Source: Pseudogymnoascus verrucosus
Lineage: Eukaryota
DNA: 64,000 nt
NCBI GenBank assembly: GCA_001662655.1
Contig: KV460234.1
Strand: one strand, 5' to 3'
This document shows, one piece after another, positions 1 through 11,261 of the stretch; the first letter of the stretch is position 1; every line of letters starts with the position of its first letter. The position numbers and the translations under genes were made by a program. A model generated the notes under the pieces. The model saw nothing but the letters and a program-made list of their open reading frames with translations. It was not told the origin of the DNA and ran no database searches.

Positions 1-62
1 ATACAGCCGTCAGAGTATCTAAGGGCTGCCAAACGAATTAAAATATATCGAGAAATACGTAC

Positions 63-231
63 CATGCTTTCCTCTTGCTAGATCCTGATCGAAACCCAGC
101 AATTGCTGCAGTTGCCTCCCAGATTGAATTTCTTGCTGGGTATTCACTGTTTTTAGTCCATGGGACAATTTCTGGCGCTTCAGATAGGCATCATGCCCAT
201 CTCCGATGTCGACTGGTGCACGTTTTGACAT
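63..231 (-). CDS. URB1: First exon of a probable URB1/NPA1 ribosome-biogenesis protein (gene continues off the left edge)
   Basis: ATG at 231 gives MSKRAPVDIGDGHDAYLKRQK...QLQQLLGFDQD...KHG, then donor GTACGT at 62. Resembles filamentous-fungal Urb1 N-termini from memory; only 56 codons are visible. Confidence 0.55.
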
Positions 232-697
232 ACTTGCTGAGATTCCCACAAGGTTGTCGCATTTATTTCGCGCGCCAATTCGAGAAAATCATATCGATAG
301 CGGTTTTGGCTGGCAGAAAGCAAGCTTCTAGCCCGATATGGTGACTTATTATTCTGCCCGGTATCGCCGCTTATGCTAAATCAAATTTGGTTACAGTGGT
401 TCTGTGGGGACCCAGTCCCCGAAACTTGTACCATGGAACTGTTCGGATTATGTGGGATTAATTGTTGCAAGGGGAGGGAGAGAGGCACTGTGTCGTCTCG
501 ATACTCAAAACAAAACTCATGGATTGGCAATAATAAGGGTGCTTGTTACTCTAAAATAAAGACACTGCGCTCGTTAACTTGTTGAATACAGTTAAAACTA
601 CAAACCAGAACCCTGGAGTCAGCTGCTCCATCTCCAAACCTGAACGCCCAAGCCAAATTTCGCCCTCGTAGTATCGCCCGCGTAGAATATGCTGCTT

Positions 698-1475
698 TCA
701 GCCAATGCATTTCGACCATCCAGGCAGGCCGCATCCAAAGCCAACAAACAAATATATCAAGAAGATGGCTACCAACACAAGCAGCGCCATCAACTTGGCA
801 TTCTTCCACCACATCCTCCTCCTTAGTCCCTTACTTCTAACCCTGAAGTCGTGTGCGCTTCCCCCAAGCCTGTCGGTTTTATCAACCAAGAGATCAATTC
901 GCTCGCCTCTCTCCAGGACCCTCTCAATGTTCTCCGTCATGATGCCTCTCACATTCTCGATTTCGTTGTGCACGTTGCTTATCGCATCTTGCTTCCCACT
1001 CTGTGTCGTTCCATAGTCCACCATCAACTTCTTCAGCTCGCCATTGAAGCTCGCAGCTCCATAGTTCGGAAGGGAGGCGAAATCGGTTGCTGAGGGCTCG
1101 AACTGAGAGAGAAAGCGGTTCTTGATCTCCACGAGGAAGCCAAATGGGATGCGACGGCCAACAGATGAGTGTGCGACAACGAGGTAGGTAAGGCCACCTG
1201 CCGTGGGGCTATCTGGGTACTCTGATGGGGCCGAGGCTATATAGTGGACGAAGTTGTCGTTATGAGTGTAAGTCAATTTCTGTGGAGTTGCGTGTGATAT
1301 TTTCGGAAGAATAAGTGAGGCTAGAGATGAAGTTGAGGATGCGCCAGGTGTAGTGTGTTCTGAAAGGATGGTGGTGTTATGGGCAATACAGGCGCTGAAA
1401 CGGTTAGAACGTTCGACTTGGGGTTCAAGAGACTCACTACAAGAGAGGCGTCGGGGGGGTAGATGAAGATGCCAT
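698..1475 (-). CDS. Longin-domain R-SNARE (VAMP7/Nyv1-like synaptobrevin)
   Basis: Exon 1 1475-1438 (MASSSTPPTPLL), 43-nt intron 1437-1395 (GTGAGT..CTAAC..CAG), exon 2 to 698. Longin domain, synaptobrevin motif VRGIMTENIERVLERGERIDLLVDKT, C-terminal TM helix. Confidence 0.92.
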
Positions 1476-1745
1476 GGTTCCAACTCTGGCTTCCGCTATT
1501 TAACCATGCAATTCTTAGCTTGTAGATGTCTTGCCTTGTTATTCTGAACAGTGTTGTGATTAACCTAGTCTGGTTTCTGCCTGGTAGAGTAAGTCGATGC
1601 GAGGTTGCTCATGACGTCCATGCATGGAAATTAGTTATTCCGCCCGAACATTGACCTCCCTTGGTCCCTTAACTTTTTTACCACTCTGGCTTGCCTTTTG
1701 TCGTGGGAATAACATCTATTGTACTGAACGGAGAAGAACTGCCAG

Positions 1746-4454
1746 ATGGTACTGGCCACACAGAGAGGCGGGGCTTGCTTCTTCTGCACTTTTCGCTCTG
1801 CTGAGTTACGATTTATCAGGCCAGCCACAACCAATGTCAAGAGACACTTTTCGACTGGGCGCGTTCAATCGGGCATATTGGACGACTTATTGAGCCCCTC
1901 ACGAAACCCACCACCCGTCACTCGCACTGAGAAGAGAGACACTGAGCGAAGACTTAGGGGCAAGAGAAAGGGAGACCGTCACGCAATTTACGATGGTTCG
2001 AATTCACGGGGGTTTGCGCCTGCAAATAAGGAAAGAAAGAGAGAGCCGAAAAACGATCCTGTGACAAGAATTCCGGGCAGAGGAGCCCATTCTCTATTCC
2101 TCGGACCCGATGATGTTACACGTTCATCAGATAGGCGTCAGATCCCGATCCGCATTCCCCAAGCAGCATCGCACAGCATCTTCAGCGGTAGCTCACACCG
2201 TCGAGGTTATGCTTATATACCACTCGAAACTATCCACAAGCGCATCTTAGGAGAGTTTAAAGACTTGCGATATGAAATCTCACAGGCGTATGACCCGCAA
2301 GGTCCAGCGGGCTCGAATTCGGATGGATTTACTGGACTCGCAACCGTGGAGGAATTTAACAAAGTGGCGGATGATTTTGCTGCCTCTCTCACAAGAAGTT
2401 ATGTTGCTGCAGATCCAAAGAGTCAGCAGAATCCCAGGAAGAATCCTACAGGCAGAGACAAATTATCCAAGGCTAGTAACGCAGAAGGCAGTGGAGTCAA
2501 TAATTCCGATGAAGCATCATTGTTTAATGAGTTGCGGCAAGTACTTATTATTGACCCATATGACTTGCCCGGTCGACTTAAATATTTGTTTACAAAGTTT
2601 ATTTGTGACGCCAAAGTTTCGCCACAGACATTAAGACAACAACAAAAATTCGTGGATTTACGATACCCCATTGAATGGTTCCCTGCTACTCGAGCGTTGC
2701 AACGCAAAGTACATCTACACGTTGGGCCGACCAATTCCGGAAAGACCTATCACGCCCTTCAACGTTTAGAGCAAGCCGAGTCCGGCCTTTACGCCGGCCC
2801 TCTTCGACTTCTTGCTCACGAAGTTTATTCTCGCCTCAACGCAAAAGGGAAACCATGTTCCTTAATAACCGGCGAAGAACGGCGGTTTCCAGAAGGCCCG
2901 ACACCCACCATGAGTAGCTGCACGGTTGAAATGGTTCCACTGAACACCGAGGTTGAAGTCGCAGTGATAGACGAAATTCAAATGATTAGCGATGGGTATC
3001 GTGGATGGGCTTGGACGCAGGCCTTTCTTGGCGTCAGAGCTAGAGAAATCCACATTTGCGGTGAATTAAGGACGATTCCGTTGATACAGAACCTATGCAA
3101 GTTGATGGGGGATGAATTGACGGTACACCGCTACGAGCGTCTTACCCCCTTGGAGTGCATGGGGAAGAGTCTCCACGGGAAGCTAGACAAGCTTAAGAAG
3201 GGAGATTGCATCATTCTATTTTCAAGAGTTGCCATACACGCAATGAAAAAGGAAGTAGAGAGAGCCACCGGAAAACGATGTGCCGTTGTATATGGTTCTC
3301 TTCCTCCAGAAACCAGGGCACAGCAGGCTGCATTATTCAATGACCCGGACAACGAGTACGACTATCTCGTTGCCAGCGATGCTGTCGGCATGGGGCTGAA
3401 CTTAGCCATCAGGCGTGTCATTTTCGAGACGTTATCTAAATTCGATGGGAAATCCCACCGCAACATTCCTATTTCTGAAATCAAACAGATTGCTGGACGT
3501 GCTGGCAGATACAAGACTGCGGCAGAGGCTATTAAAAAGAAAGATGGCCCTGCTGGCGAGGTCTCTCGACAAGTGGAAAGGAATGTTGGCCTGGCTACGA
3601 CACTTGATGCCGTCGATCATTCTCTTCTAAAGTCAGCTATGGGCACCGACGTGGAGCCCCTCAAAACGGCAGGGATTTTCCCTCCATCAACGATACTTCA
3701 AAAATTCGCAGCTTACTTCCCAAAAGGCACGCCCTTAAGCTACATAATGTTGCGGCTGAACGAGTTCGCGACTCTTAACCCCATGTTTACCCTTTGTGAT
3801 TTCAATGAGCAGCTACTGCTTGCTGATATGATCGAACCGTTCAACCTGACACTCCAGGATCAGCTAGTTTTTATAGCAGCTCCTGCAAATGTTAAACGGA
3901 GAGAACAGAGACCGATTATAGAGGCACTGGCAGCTATTATCGCAAACCGGAGTGCCACAGACCTCCTTGAAATCCCTGCTCTGAATCTTGAACTCCTTGA
4001 CGAAACTCGGACAGAAGGGAAGGAGTACCTTTCCAAGTTAGAGGCACTTCACCAGGGCATCACACTCTATCTCTGGCTCAGCTACCGATTCGCTGGTGTT
4101 TTTAGGAGCCAGGCGCTGGCGTTCCACATCAAATCTCTGGTGGAAGAAAAGATTAATGAGTCTTTAGCCAACGTGCCATTCGAAGAGAATCGGAGGCGTA
4201 TGCTTCAAGCTCTTAAATTAAAGGCGCTTCAAAAGCAGGCTGAAAAGGAGGCCTTAATGGCACCAGCTGTGGAAACGGAAACTCCCACGCCCATGAGCTA
4301 TGAAGATGAGGATCGCCAAGAGCCGTTGATAGACGCGGCAGATGAAGAGGCGATTTCTGAAGAAGCAGTTGCCGACGAAGCAGAAGACGATGATGAATAT
4401 GTGGAGGAGCCATCGAATATACCCAACGCTGAAAAAACCGGAGGCGACAGCTAG
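1746..4454 (+). CDS. SUV3: Mitochondrial ATP-dependent RNA helicase Suv3
   Basis: Motifs HVGPTNSGKT, GPLRLLAHE, VIDEIQM, YGSLPPETR, ASDAVGMGLNL, KQIAGRAGR; Arg-rich N-terminus; acidic tail. Confidence 0.96.
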   Translation: MVLATQRGGACFFCTFRSAELRFIRPATTNVKRHFSTGRVQSGILDDLLSPSRNPPPVTRTEKRDTERRLRGKRKGDRHAIYDGSNSRGFAPANKERKREPKNDPVTRIPGRGAHSLFLGPDDVTRSSDRRQIPIRIPQAASHSIFSGSSHRRGYAYIPLETIHKRILGEFKDLRYEISQAYDPQGPAGSNSDGFTGLATVEEFNKVADDFAASLTRSYVAADPKSQQNPRKNPTGRDKLSKASNAEGSGVNNSDEASLFNELRQVLIIDPYDLPGRLKYLFTKFICDAKVSPQTLRQQQKFVDLRYPIEWFPATRALQRKVHLHVGPTNSGKTYHALQRLEQAESGLYAGPLRLLAHEVYSRLNAKGKPCSLITGEERRFPEGPTPTMSSCTVEMVPLNTEVEVAVIDEIQMISDGYRGWAWTQAFLGVRAREIHICGELRTIPLIQNLCKLMGDELTVHRYERLTPLECMGKSLHGKLDKLKKGDCIILFSRVAIHAMKKEVERATGKRCAVVYGSLPPETRAQQAALFNDPDNEYDYLVASDAVGMGLNLAIRRVIFETLSKFDGKSHRNIPISEIKQIAGRAGRYKTAAEAIKKKDGPAGEVSRQVERNVGLATTLDAVDHSLLKSAMGTDVEPLKTAGIFPPSTILQKFAAYFPKGTPLSYIMLRLNEFATLNPMFTLCDFNEQLLLADMIEPFNLTLQDQLVFIAAPANVKRREQRPIIEALAAIIANRSATDLLEIPALNLELLDETRTEGKEYLSKLEALHQGITLYLWLSYRFAGVFRSQALAFHIKSLVEEKINESLANVPFEENRRRMLQALKLKALQKQAEKEALMAPAVETETPTPMSYEDEDRQEPLIDAADEEAISEEAVADEAEDDDEYVEEPSNIPNAEKTGGDS

Positions 4455-5430
4455 ACGAAGGCAATACGCCTGGCCAAAGATCAAAGGTCCAGTGTTGGCT
4501 TTTATATTAGGTGTATGATAGTGAGTGTATATTACTGTATCTGTTGGATTATATAGCGGCATCTCCGGAAAAGGAGCAAAGGACATAGAATATAAGATAA
4601 GGATGGATAAAGGCTATGGGTAGCCATGTATTTCTGAAAGCGGACAAACTTCCCAATTATTATTAATCTACCTTACGCATTTTCAGCTTCTTCATAAGAT
4701 TCATTCAATGAATAATGGAATGTGAGTATAATTCATAATTTCCAATGTTACTATTCATCACAAATTTATCTCACTTCAGTAACCCACCGCTGCAGATTTC
4801 TCTTATTTAATAAATTGCTGTGTGGGAAAAATGGATACAAGTGGTGTTCACGTTCCAGTTAGTAGTATTCACGTTCCTGGGTTGTGTTCTTTGTTTGTGG
4901 ACACAACTTTACTCATAACCAGCTGTTACGGCTCTCTTCCACACCTCTACAACTTTACTCTCATCACCTGTAACAGATACTTCTTACACGTCTCATATAA
5001 CCTCAGCAACAGCCTTATTTATACAATGTTATGCTGCCATCAATAACATTATATCTACAACACAGGTACTACAGAGCATTCTGTCAGCACAAACCCTGAG
5101 CACCACCCACCCCCCTCAAACTTTTACTCAATTTCACTTAAAATGTGGCCAAGGTGCTAAAGCCGACTCCTACCACCTTCTACTGCGAGGATCAGAGCAG
5201 AGGTAGTGAGTAAGACGTTTACAGGCATATTATTATCCCACGCTGCATCAAGTGAAGTTGTACGCATACCCGTGTTCTTTCTTTGCAAATCAATCAAGGT
5301 GATATTGAACTAACTTGTCACAGCAGCCCAAAGTAAGTTCAGCGGGCTCCGCCAACATATTCGCTTTGATCAGTCCTAATTGATATTAAGCACAGTTCAA
5401 TACAGACTACACTTGCTTGATACTCACAAT

Positions 5431-8400
5431 ATGGCTGGGAGTACTATTTCAGGCGAACCTGGCAGCTCGCCCCAGTCGTCAAAGACTCCAGGAACAACAA
5501 ACAGCAACACAAAATCAGTCCAGGATGCAGAAGAAGAGGCAATGGAGAGGCGAAAAAAGGCAGCTGCAAAAGCTCTCGCTGAACAGTCCCGGTTGAGAGC
5601 AAAATCTTCACAGAAATCGACCTCTTTGGCGAAGAATTCGAAGCTTCCTGAAGACAGCCTAGAGCCTCGAAATATCAGCCCCACCAAATCTCCTCGCACA
5701 TCCCTCAGTGGATTCGATGCAGTACCTACAAGACCTGTCGATTTGCACGCCGCTCCCAGTTCGACTTCACAGCCGAGTATACTGCCTACAGCCTGCCAGG
5801 GCGATAGAGCCTTACTCGAAGGGACCAGCTCCACCAACAATTCTTCACAAGCAACACATACAGACCCTACAACAAACAGTGCAGAGTCTACTGTAACCGT
5901 AGCTACACCTGCACCTGAGCCGCAAGCAACAGATGTGCCTCCAAAGAAACTGTCGCCAAATAACTATGCAAAGAGAGATGCTCGATTCGAAGTTCAGGTT
6001 CTGTCAACGAAAGACGAAACGATAAAACGCGATGATCCCAGCTACACGTCAAAGCAGATGTTTCTTGAATGGGATGGCATCGATCGGGAAGCTTTAAAGG
6101 TTGTCAATGGCGACAGAGAGTGTATTTTGGTCGAATTCAGCACTATTCGGAGGATTTCGTACAACCCTATCGGCCAACGCCTTCAGCTCATATTCAACTC
6201 CACAGCACAAGATGAGGCGCAGACAGTTGTCATAGCTATGAATGCCCTTCCACGTGAAGAATGGGTACAACTTCAGCAACTATTCCGACAGGTGGAGAGA
6301 AAGTGGCGTGTTAGATGTGATCAGGAAGAGATGAGCTTCTTCGATGATGCAATAAAATCTATGAGAAAGAAGCCATACAGGAAGATGGAAACTCCTTACG
6401 TCGACAGATCAAATGCTTCTGGACAGAAAATTGCAGAAAAGCTCACACAAGCACCCCGACGGCAGTCAGTTCCCAAAGCATCCCGAAGGCAGTCAGTTGG
6501 ACCAACCCTTAGCACCGCTGCCAAAATAGCCAAGACTCCAAAAAATAGAGTTGAGCGGCCAAAAGCGCACTTATCAGTTGAAGTGAAAAACATCATGGCC
6601 GCCAAGGTTATTGATCAGCCGCTCCAGATACCCCGTTTGTCGACGCCCTCAAAGCCTCCTTCTGTCACAAGCAGTCTTTTATCCAGAACAAGCCAGTGTC
6701 CTCTAAAAGAAGGAGCCGAATCCCCAAGAAACATCTCTAGAGATTACGGCAACAGAGACTCACCAACAAAACACGGTACTGGGACCCAAAATAGAAGCCA
6801 AGTTCCACAGTCATCGGCAATTCTCAAGCGGGATATTAGCCCCCATGGCCTTTCCAGTCTGTTTGGTTCCGACGACAGCGAGCATGATTTTTCAGGTTTT
6901 GAGCAGCCTGACAGGACTCCTTCGCAGCGATTCAAGGATCGGATGAACGAAGCCAAAAAGATTTCTAGTAAGAATCCACCCCTTTTAAATCCAATTTACC
7001 TTAGACTCACCTCGGAATATAGGCAGGCAACCAAATGAGAGTCCAAAAATTAGCCCTGGCCTCTTTGCTCAATCGCCTGCTTCTACTCTGCGTGATGGGA
7101 GCACTCAGGAGCCAGAGAAGCCAGAACATGGATTCGAAGCGTTCATGGACAGTATTCAACGTTCTAACCAAATTGAGAATGTCTTGATCTCATCGTCTCC
7201 GAATATAAGGCACAAAAGGAATAGGTCGCCATCGTCACCAAAACTACCACAGCTATTGAATTCACCGCCTGTCAAGCTAGTAGCCAAGGGCCTGCAAAAC
7301 GCCGACAGCATGGCAGAGTCCGATCGCCCCCCAAAGAAACTCAAGGAGTCACATGTGGCGTCAGAAAATGAAACACGTTTTTATTACCAGTGCAAATCAG
7401 GTCAGGATTTCCTTCTTCCAGTTGCTGTTGATGATACAGTTATTCGTCTCCGAACGAAGAAAGAGATGGAGGAATCTGGAAAACAGTCAAAATACGACGT
7501 TTTCGATGGGCCTTGGAGGGTCCTTGGCATCTCAGAAACATCATTCCCTCTCAGCCCTGACTTCTTTGATCTTGAGGAGGAGGATTCTGATTCTACAGTA
7601 TCTCGACAAGCTAAGTGGGACAAAATGCTGACTACTCAGATAAAACTGAACTTCCCAGAGGGATCTGAGGCAAATCAATGGGTGGAGCTCTCAAGGCTTC
7701 TTCCAGCCATTGATCCAAGTTATATAGTGACTGGAACGCCCATTCCATCAAGTTTGGAAGTGTCCACACATGCGAGCTACCTTGGTCTTGTTGACAGACT
7801 CCGCATCCAACCTTTGGCGCCAGGCTCCCACAATTCGTTTGTGAAGAAGGTCTCAAGCGCAACAGTTGGCGAACTGCATGTTGTGGAAATCCGCAAAGGT
7901 AAATTTGCTGTATTTGTGGACATCGATCACAAAGCTATAGGTGATTCATATGAGGTTGCTAAGATCCGGCAGAAGCGCCTTAGATTATACACCAAGGCTG
8001 AAGCCAAGCAAATAGAGGCTACGCAATACGATGATGACAAGTGGGTAAAGAGGCTTTTGATGGTATGTATTCAGAACTCAAATACTGCAGCCCAAACACT
8101 AACCGTTGAGTAGCAACATGGCGATATTGCGCGAAACAAGATCATCGTTGACGAGTATTTGTGCAGTTGGGCTGGGTGGGCCGTGGAAGATCAGACTTGG
8201 GTTCCGAGGGGAAATTTCGGCAATGATGAGCTCTTAAGACTCTTCGACGATCAGAACGATCCATTCAGAGATATTCCTGGCGATATTGTCTTTCCTGTCG
8301 AAAACCTTGTCCACGAAGATGATTTAAAAAAGGCTCGAGCCTCACTGAGGAAGACTAAACCGCCTGGGAGTAGTTGTCAGTCATCCAGGGCCAGCGCTCG

Positions 8401-8446
8401 AAGAACGATTACGAAGCGTGGCACGGCAAGGCGAAGCACGAGATGA
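5431..8446 (+). CDS. Uncharacterised, largely low-complexity protein with C-terminal chromodomain-like module
   Basis: Three ORFs join in frame via introns 6968-7022 (GTAAGA..TAG) and 8063-8113 (GTATGT..CTAAC..TAG). Spliced C-terminus KWVKRLLMQHGD...EYLCSWAGWAVEDQTWVPRGNF matches the chromodomain pattern. Confidence 0.75.
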
Positions 8447-9182
8447 AATGCAACATTTATTACAGTCATGATCTGGTTATCGGGCGCAAAATCAGGAAGC
8501 AAAATGCAGTGTTGGCTATGAGTTGCTGGATTCGAGCGAAGGCTTCCTAGGCACCCACCCGCGACGGCGTTCGCAAGGTCTCGTAAAGCAGTAGCTATGA
8601 GGCGGAAATTATGACAGCTTGGAAGATACAGTTTAAGAGATATTCTGATCAGCTCATAGAATGGTATCTGGTAGTGGTTTTTTTTACTATGGGGAGCTGA
8701 TACCCGTTTGTTAGTTATATTGAGCATTGCAATTACACTGGGCCGTTTCTGAAATCCACCGACGAATTCTTCTTTATTGGGATCACGAACTGAGTATTAG
8801 GTCAAAAGAATACTCGGAGACCTAGTTCTTCAAATCATAATTTCTCGTGACAAATCAACAACTAGTAAAAGATTGGTGAATTTTTTTTTGTAATATACTG
8901 GAAGCTTCATTAAAAAAAAGTTTGTCATCTGTGTATGTGGGTGGCGTCGGGCATAGCCTTGTACCCAGCCTTGCAGCAATCTTGTGGTCGGGTGACGGGG
9001 TTGGGTAGCGGCCGAGATGGCCGAGACAATTTGATGATGTGAGCTGGTGTGATTACTATAGTTTTACAATCCTTACATCGTTCCTAGGAACTTCCTCGGT
9101 GTCGCAGTGAAAACGCTACATTTATAAATTGATTCTTTTCCAGCGTCCCCTTGTTTACTCCCAAATCAGCCTATCACTCGCA

Positions 9183-10626
9183 ATGTCGGAAGGCCCAGTT
9201 CACAGAGTCATTTCAGCCGCTGAGGTGTATAGTTTTCCTCAGGGGCACTTGGGGCATCTCAGTGACCTTGAGTCCCATGCTCTGGACGAGTTCAGAACGC
9301 TCTGCACTGAAAAGAATCTCTACAGTGGAACTAAGAAATATGATTTTGGTTCCCACGATGACACGACTCTGCTGTTTGTCATATCCTTTCCCGATCTCAG
9401 GGTTCAACAAACTAATCTTTTCAAAGGCGCTTCTTGAGAGCAAGACGTTTTAATGTCCAGGATGCTTTTGAGCAGTACAAGGATACCGAAGAATGGCGCG
9501 CCGCGAATCAACTAGAAACACTCTATGAAACCATTGATTTGCAACATTTTGAAGAGACACGGCGACTTGTAAGACAAAACCTTCTTAGCCTCCAGCATCC
9601 TATAATCCGTTGAATAACATACTAACAGCTGTTTCGTGACAGTACCCACAGTGGACCGGCCGACGGGACAAACGCGGAATCCCAGTGTATATATTCGAAG
9701 TGAAGCATCTAGATGCGAAGGCCATGGCAACGTATGAGAAGAGTGCAGCTCAGACGCACAGCAAGGCGAAAACAGATGGCAACACGCCACCGAAACTGCT
9801 CAGGCTATTCACTCTATATGAGAATCTGACACGCTACGTTCTACCATTATCGACAGCAATGACTGACCGTCCACACCCCACCACGCCGATCACACAGTCG
9901 AACAACATCGTTGACATTTCTGGTGTGGGATTGAAGCAATTCTGGAACCTCAGGGCGCACATGCAAAGTGCCAGCCAGTTGGCAACAGCACATTACCCTG
10001 AAACCCTCGATCGCATTTTCATCATCGGCGCACCCTACTTCTTCCCAACAGTATGGGGCTGGATTAAGCGCTGGTTCGATCCAATCACCACATCGAAGAT
10101 TTTTATCCTCTCGCCGAGCGATATGAAGTCAACGCTGGAATCATTTATTGAACCAGCTAATATCCCCAAGAAATATGGCGGCGAACTGGAGTTCAACTGG
10201 TGCGACCCACCTGTTTATGATCCGGCGCTAAACGATGTCATCACTTGGAAGAATGGCTATAAAACTCTCCCTACTGGTCCTATGTACTGGCGCGACAAAG
10301 GCGACCACATCGAGCTGGAAGCGGTTGGTGCCGCCGATGGCAAGCAACGACGAGATATTGTTGCGACAGTACGCAAAACCGCGGTAGTGGCCGAGACAGA
10401 GGAGGCGGACAAGACGACCGAGGAAGTGCTACAGACACTTCCAGCTGCAACGGCTGAAGCCATCAATGCAGCCTCTGCAGGCCAACCTAAGCCCGGCTCT
10501 TACGTCGTGGCCCCAGAAGGAATTGCAACGCTCTCGCTGCAAGACGATAAAAACTACACGGATGTCAATGAGAAGCAAGATGCTGCTCCAGATGCGTCAG
10601 CACCAGAGGAAGTGAACAAGGCTTAG
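9183..10626 (+). CDS. CRAL-TRIO/Sec14-family lipid-binding protein
   Basis: Introns 9374-9426 and 9569-9642 restore HDDTTLLRFLRAR and YPQWTGRRDKRGIP; motifs HYPETLDRIFIIGAP and IPKKYGGEL. Confidence 0.92.
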
Positions 10627-11261
10627 TGGTCGATCGCACGACCTATAGAAGCATTGAAGAGGCGCATATAGGAGAGAAGCGGCAATGAGGTGAGCAGCGA
10701 GGTGTCAGGCGGGAGGTATAGCCATAGAGGCTATATGGCGCATATATGGATGTTAGTATAATATACCCGATATCGTGCTGCAAGTAGAGCTGGAAAGACG
10801 GATATAAAGAGCAGTTGCGTGTCAAATGTGACTGATAAGCCAACCGTTGGTTTTATTTACTAGACTAGAAGATAAACTAAGAGCCTTTTTATTCCACTGT
10901 TGAGCTTCATATCACTCAATTCATTTTCAAGCCAAGCCAAGTTAGTGTGATGGATGTTATCGCCATAAGTGTGAAAGTAAACATGCTTTATAAGCAGAGA
11001 TTAAGTGGTTTGCATCGCACGTGACAGCGCGATGCGGGCGCGACATTTCGTGGATCCGAGAGGCGAGCGATGATGGGAACAAGGCATGAAATACTCGTAT
11101 TGCGATGACCGCCTGAGAGGCCGCTTTGGAGGCTTATTTTCTCGCAGGTTCCAGCACCAACATTGTTTATGAATAACCACTGCCTATGCTTAGGAGCAGA
11201 TTAATCTTGATGACAAATGTCCACCTCAAGGAACCAGATCAATTGAGTTGAGCGTGCAGTT

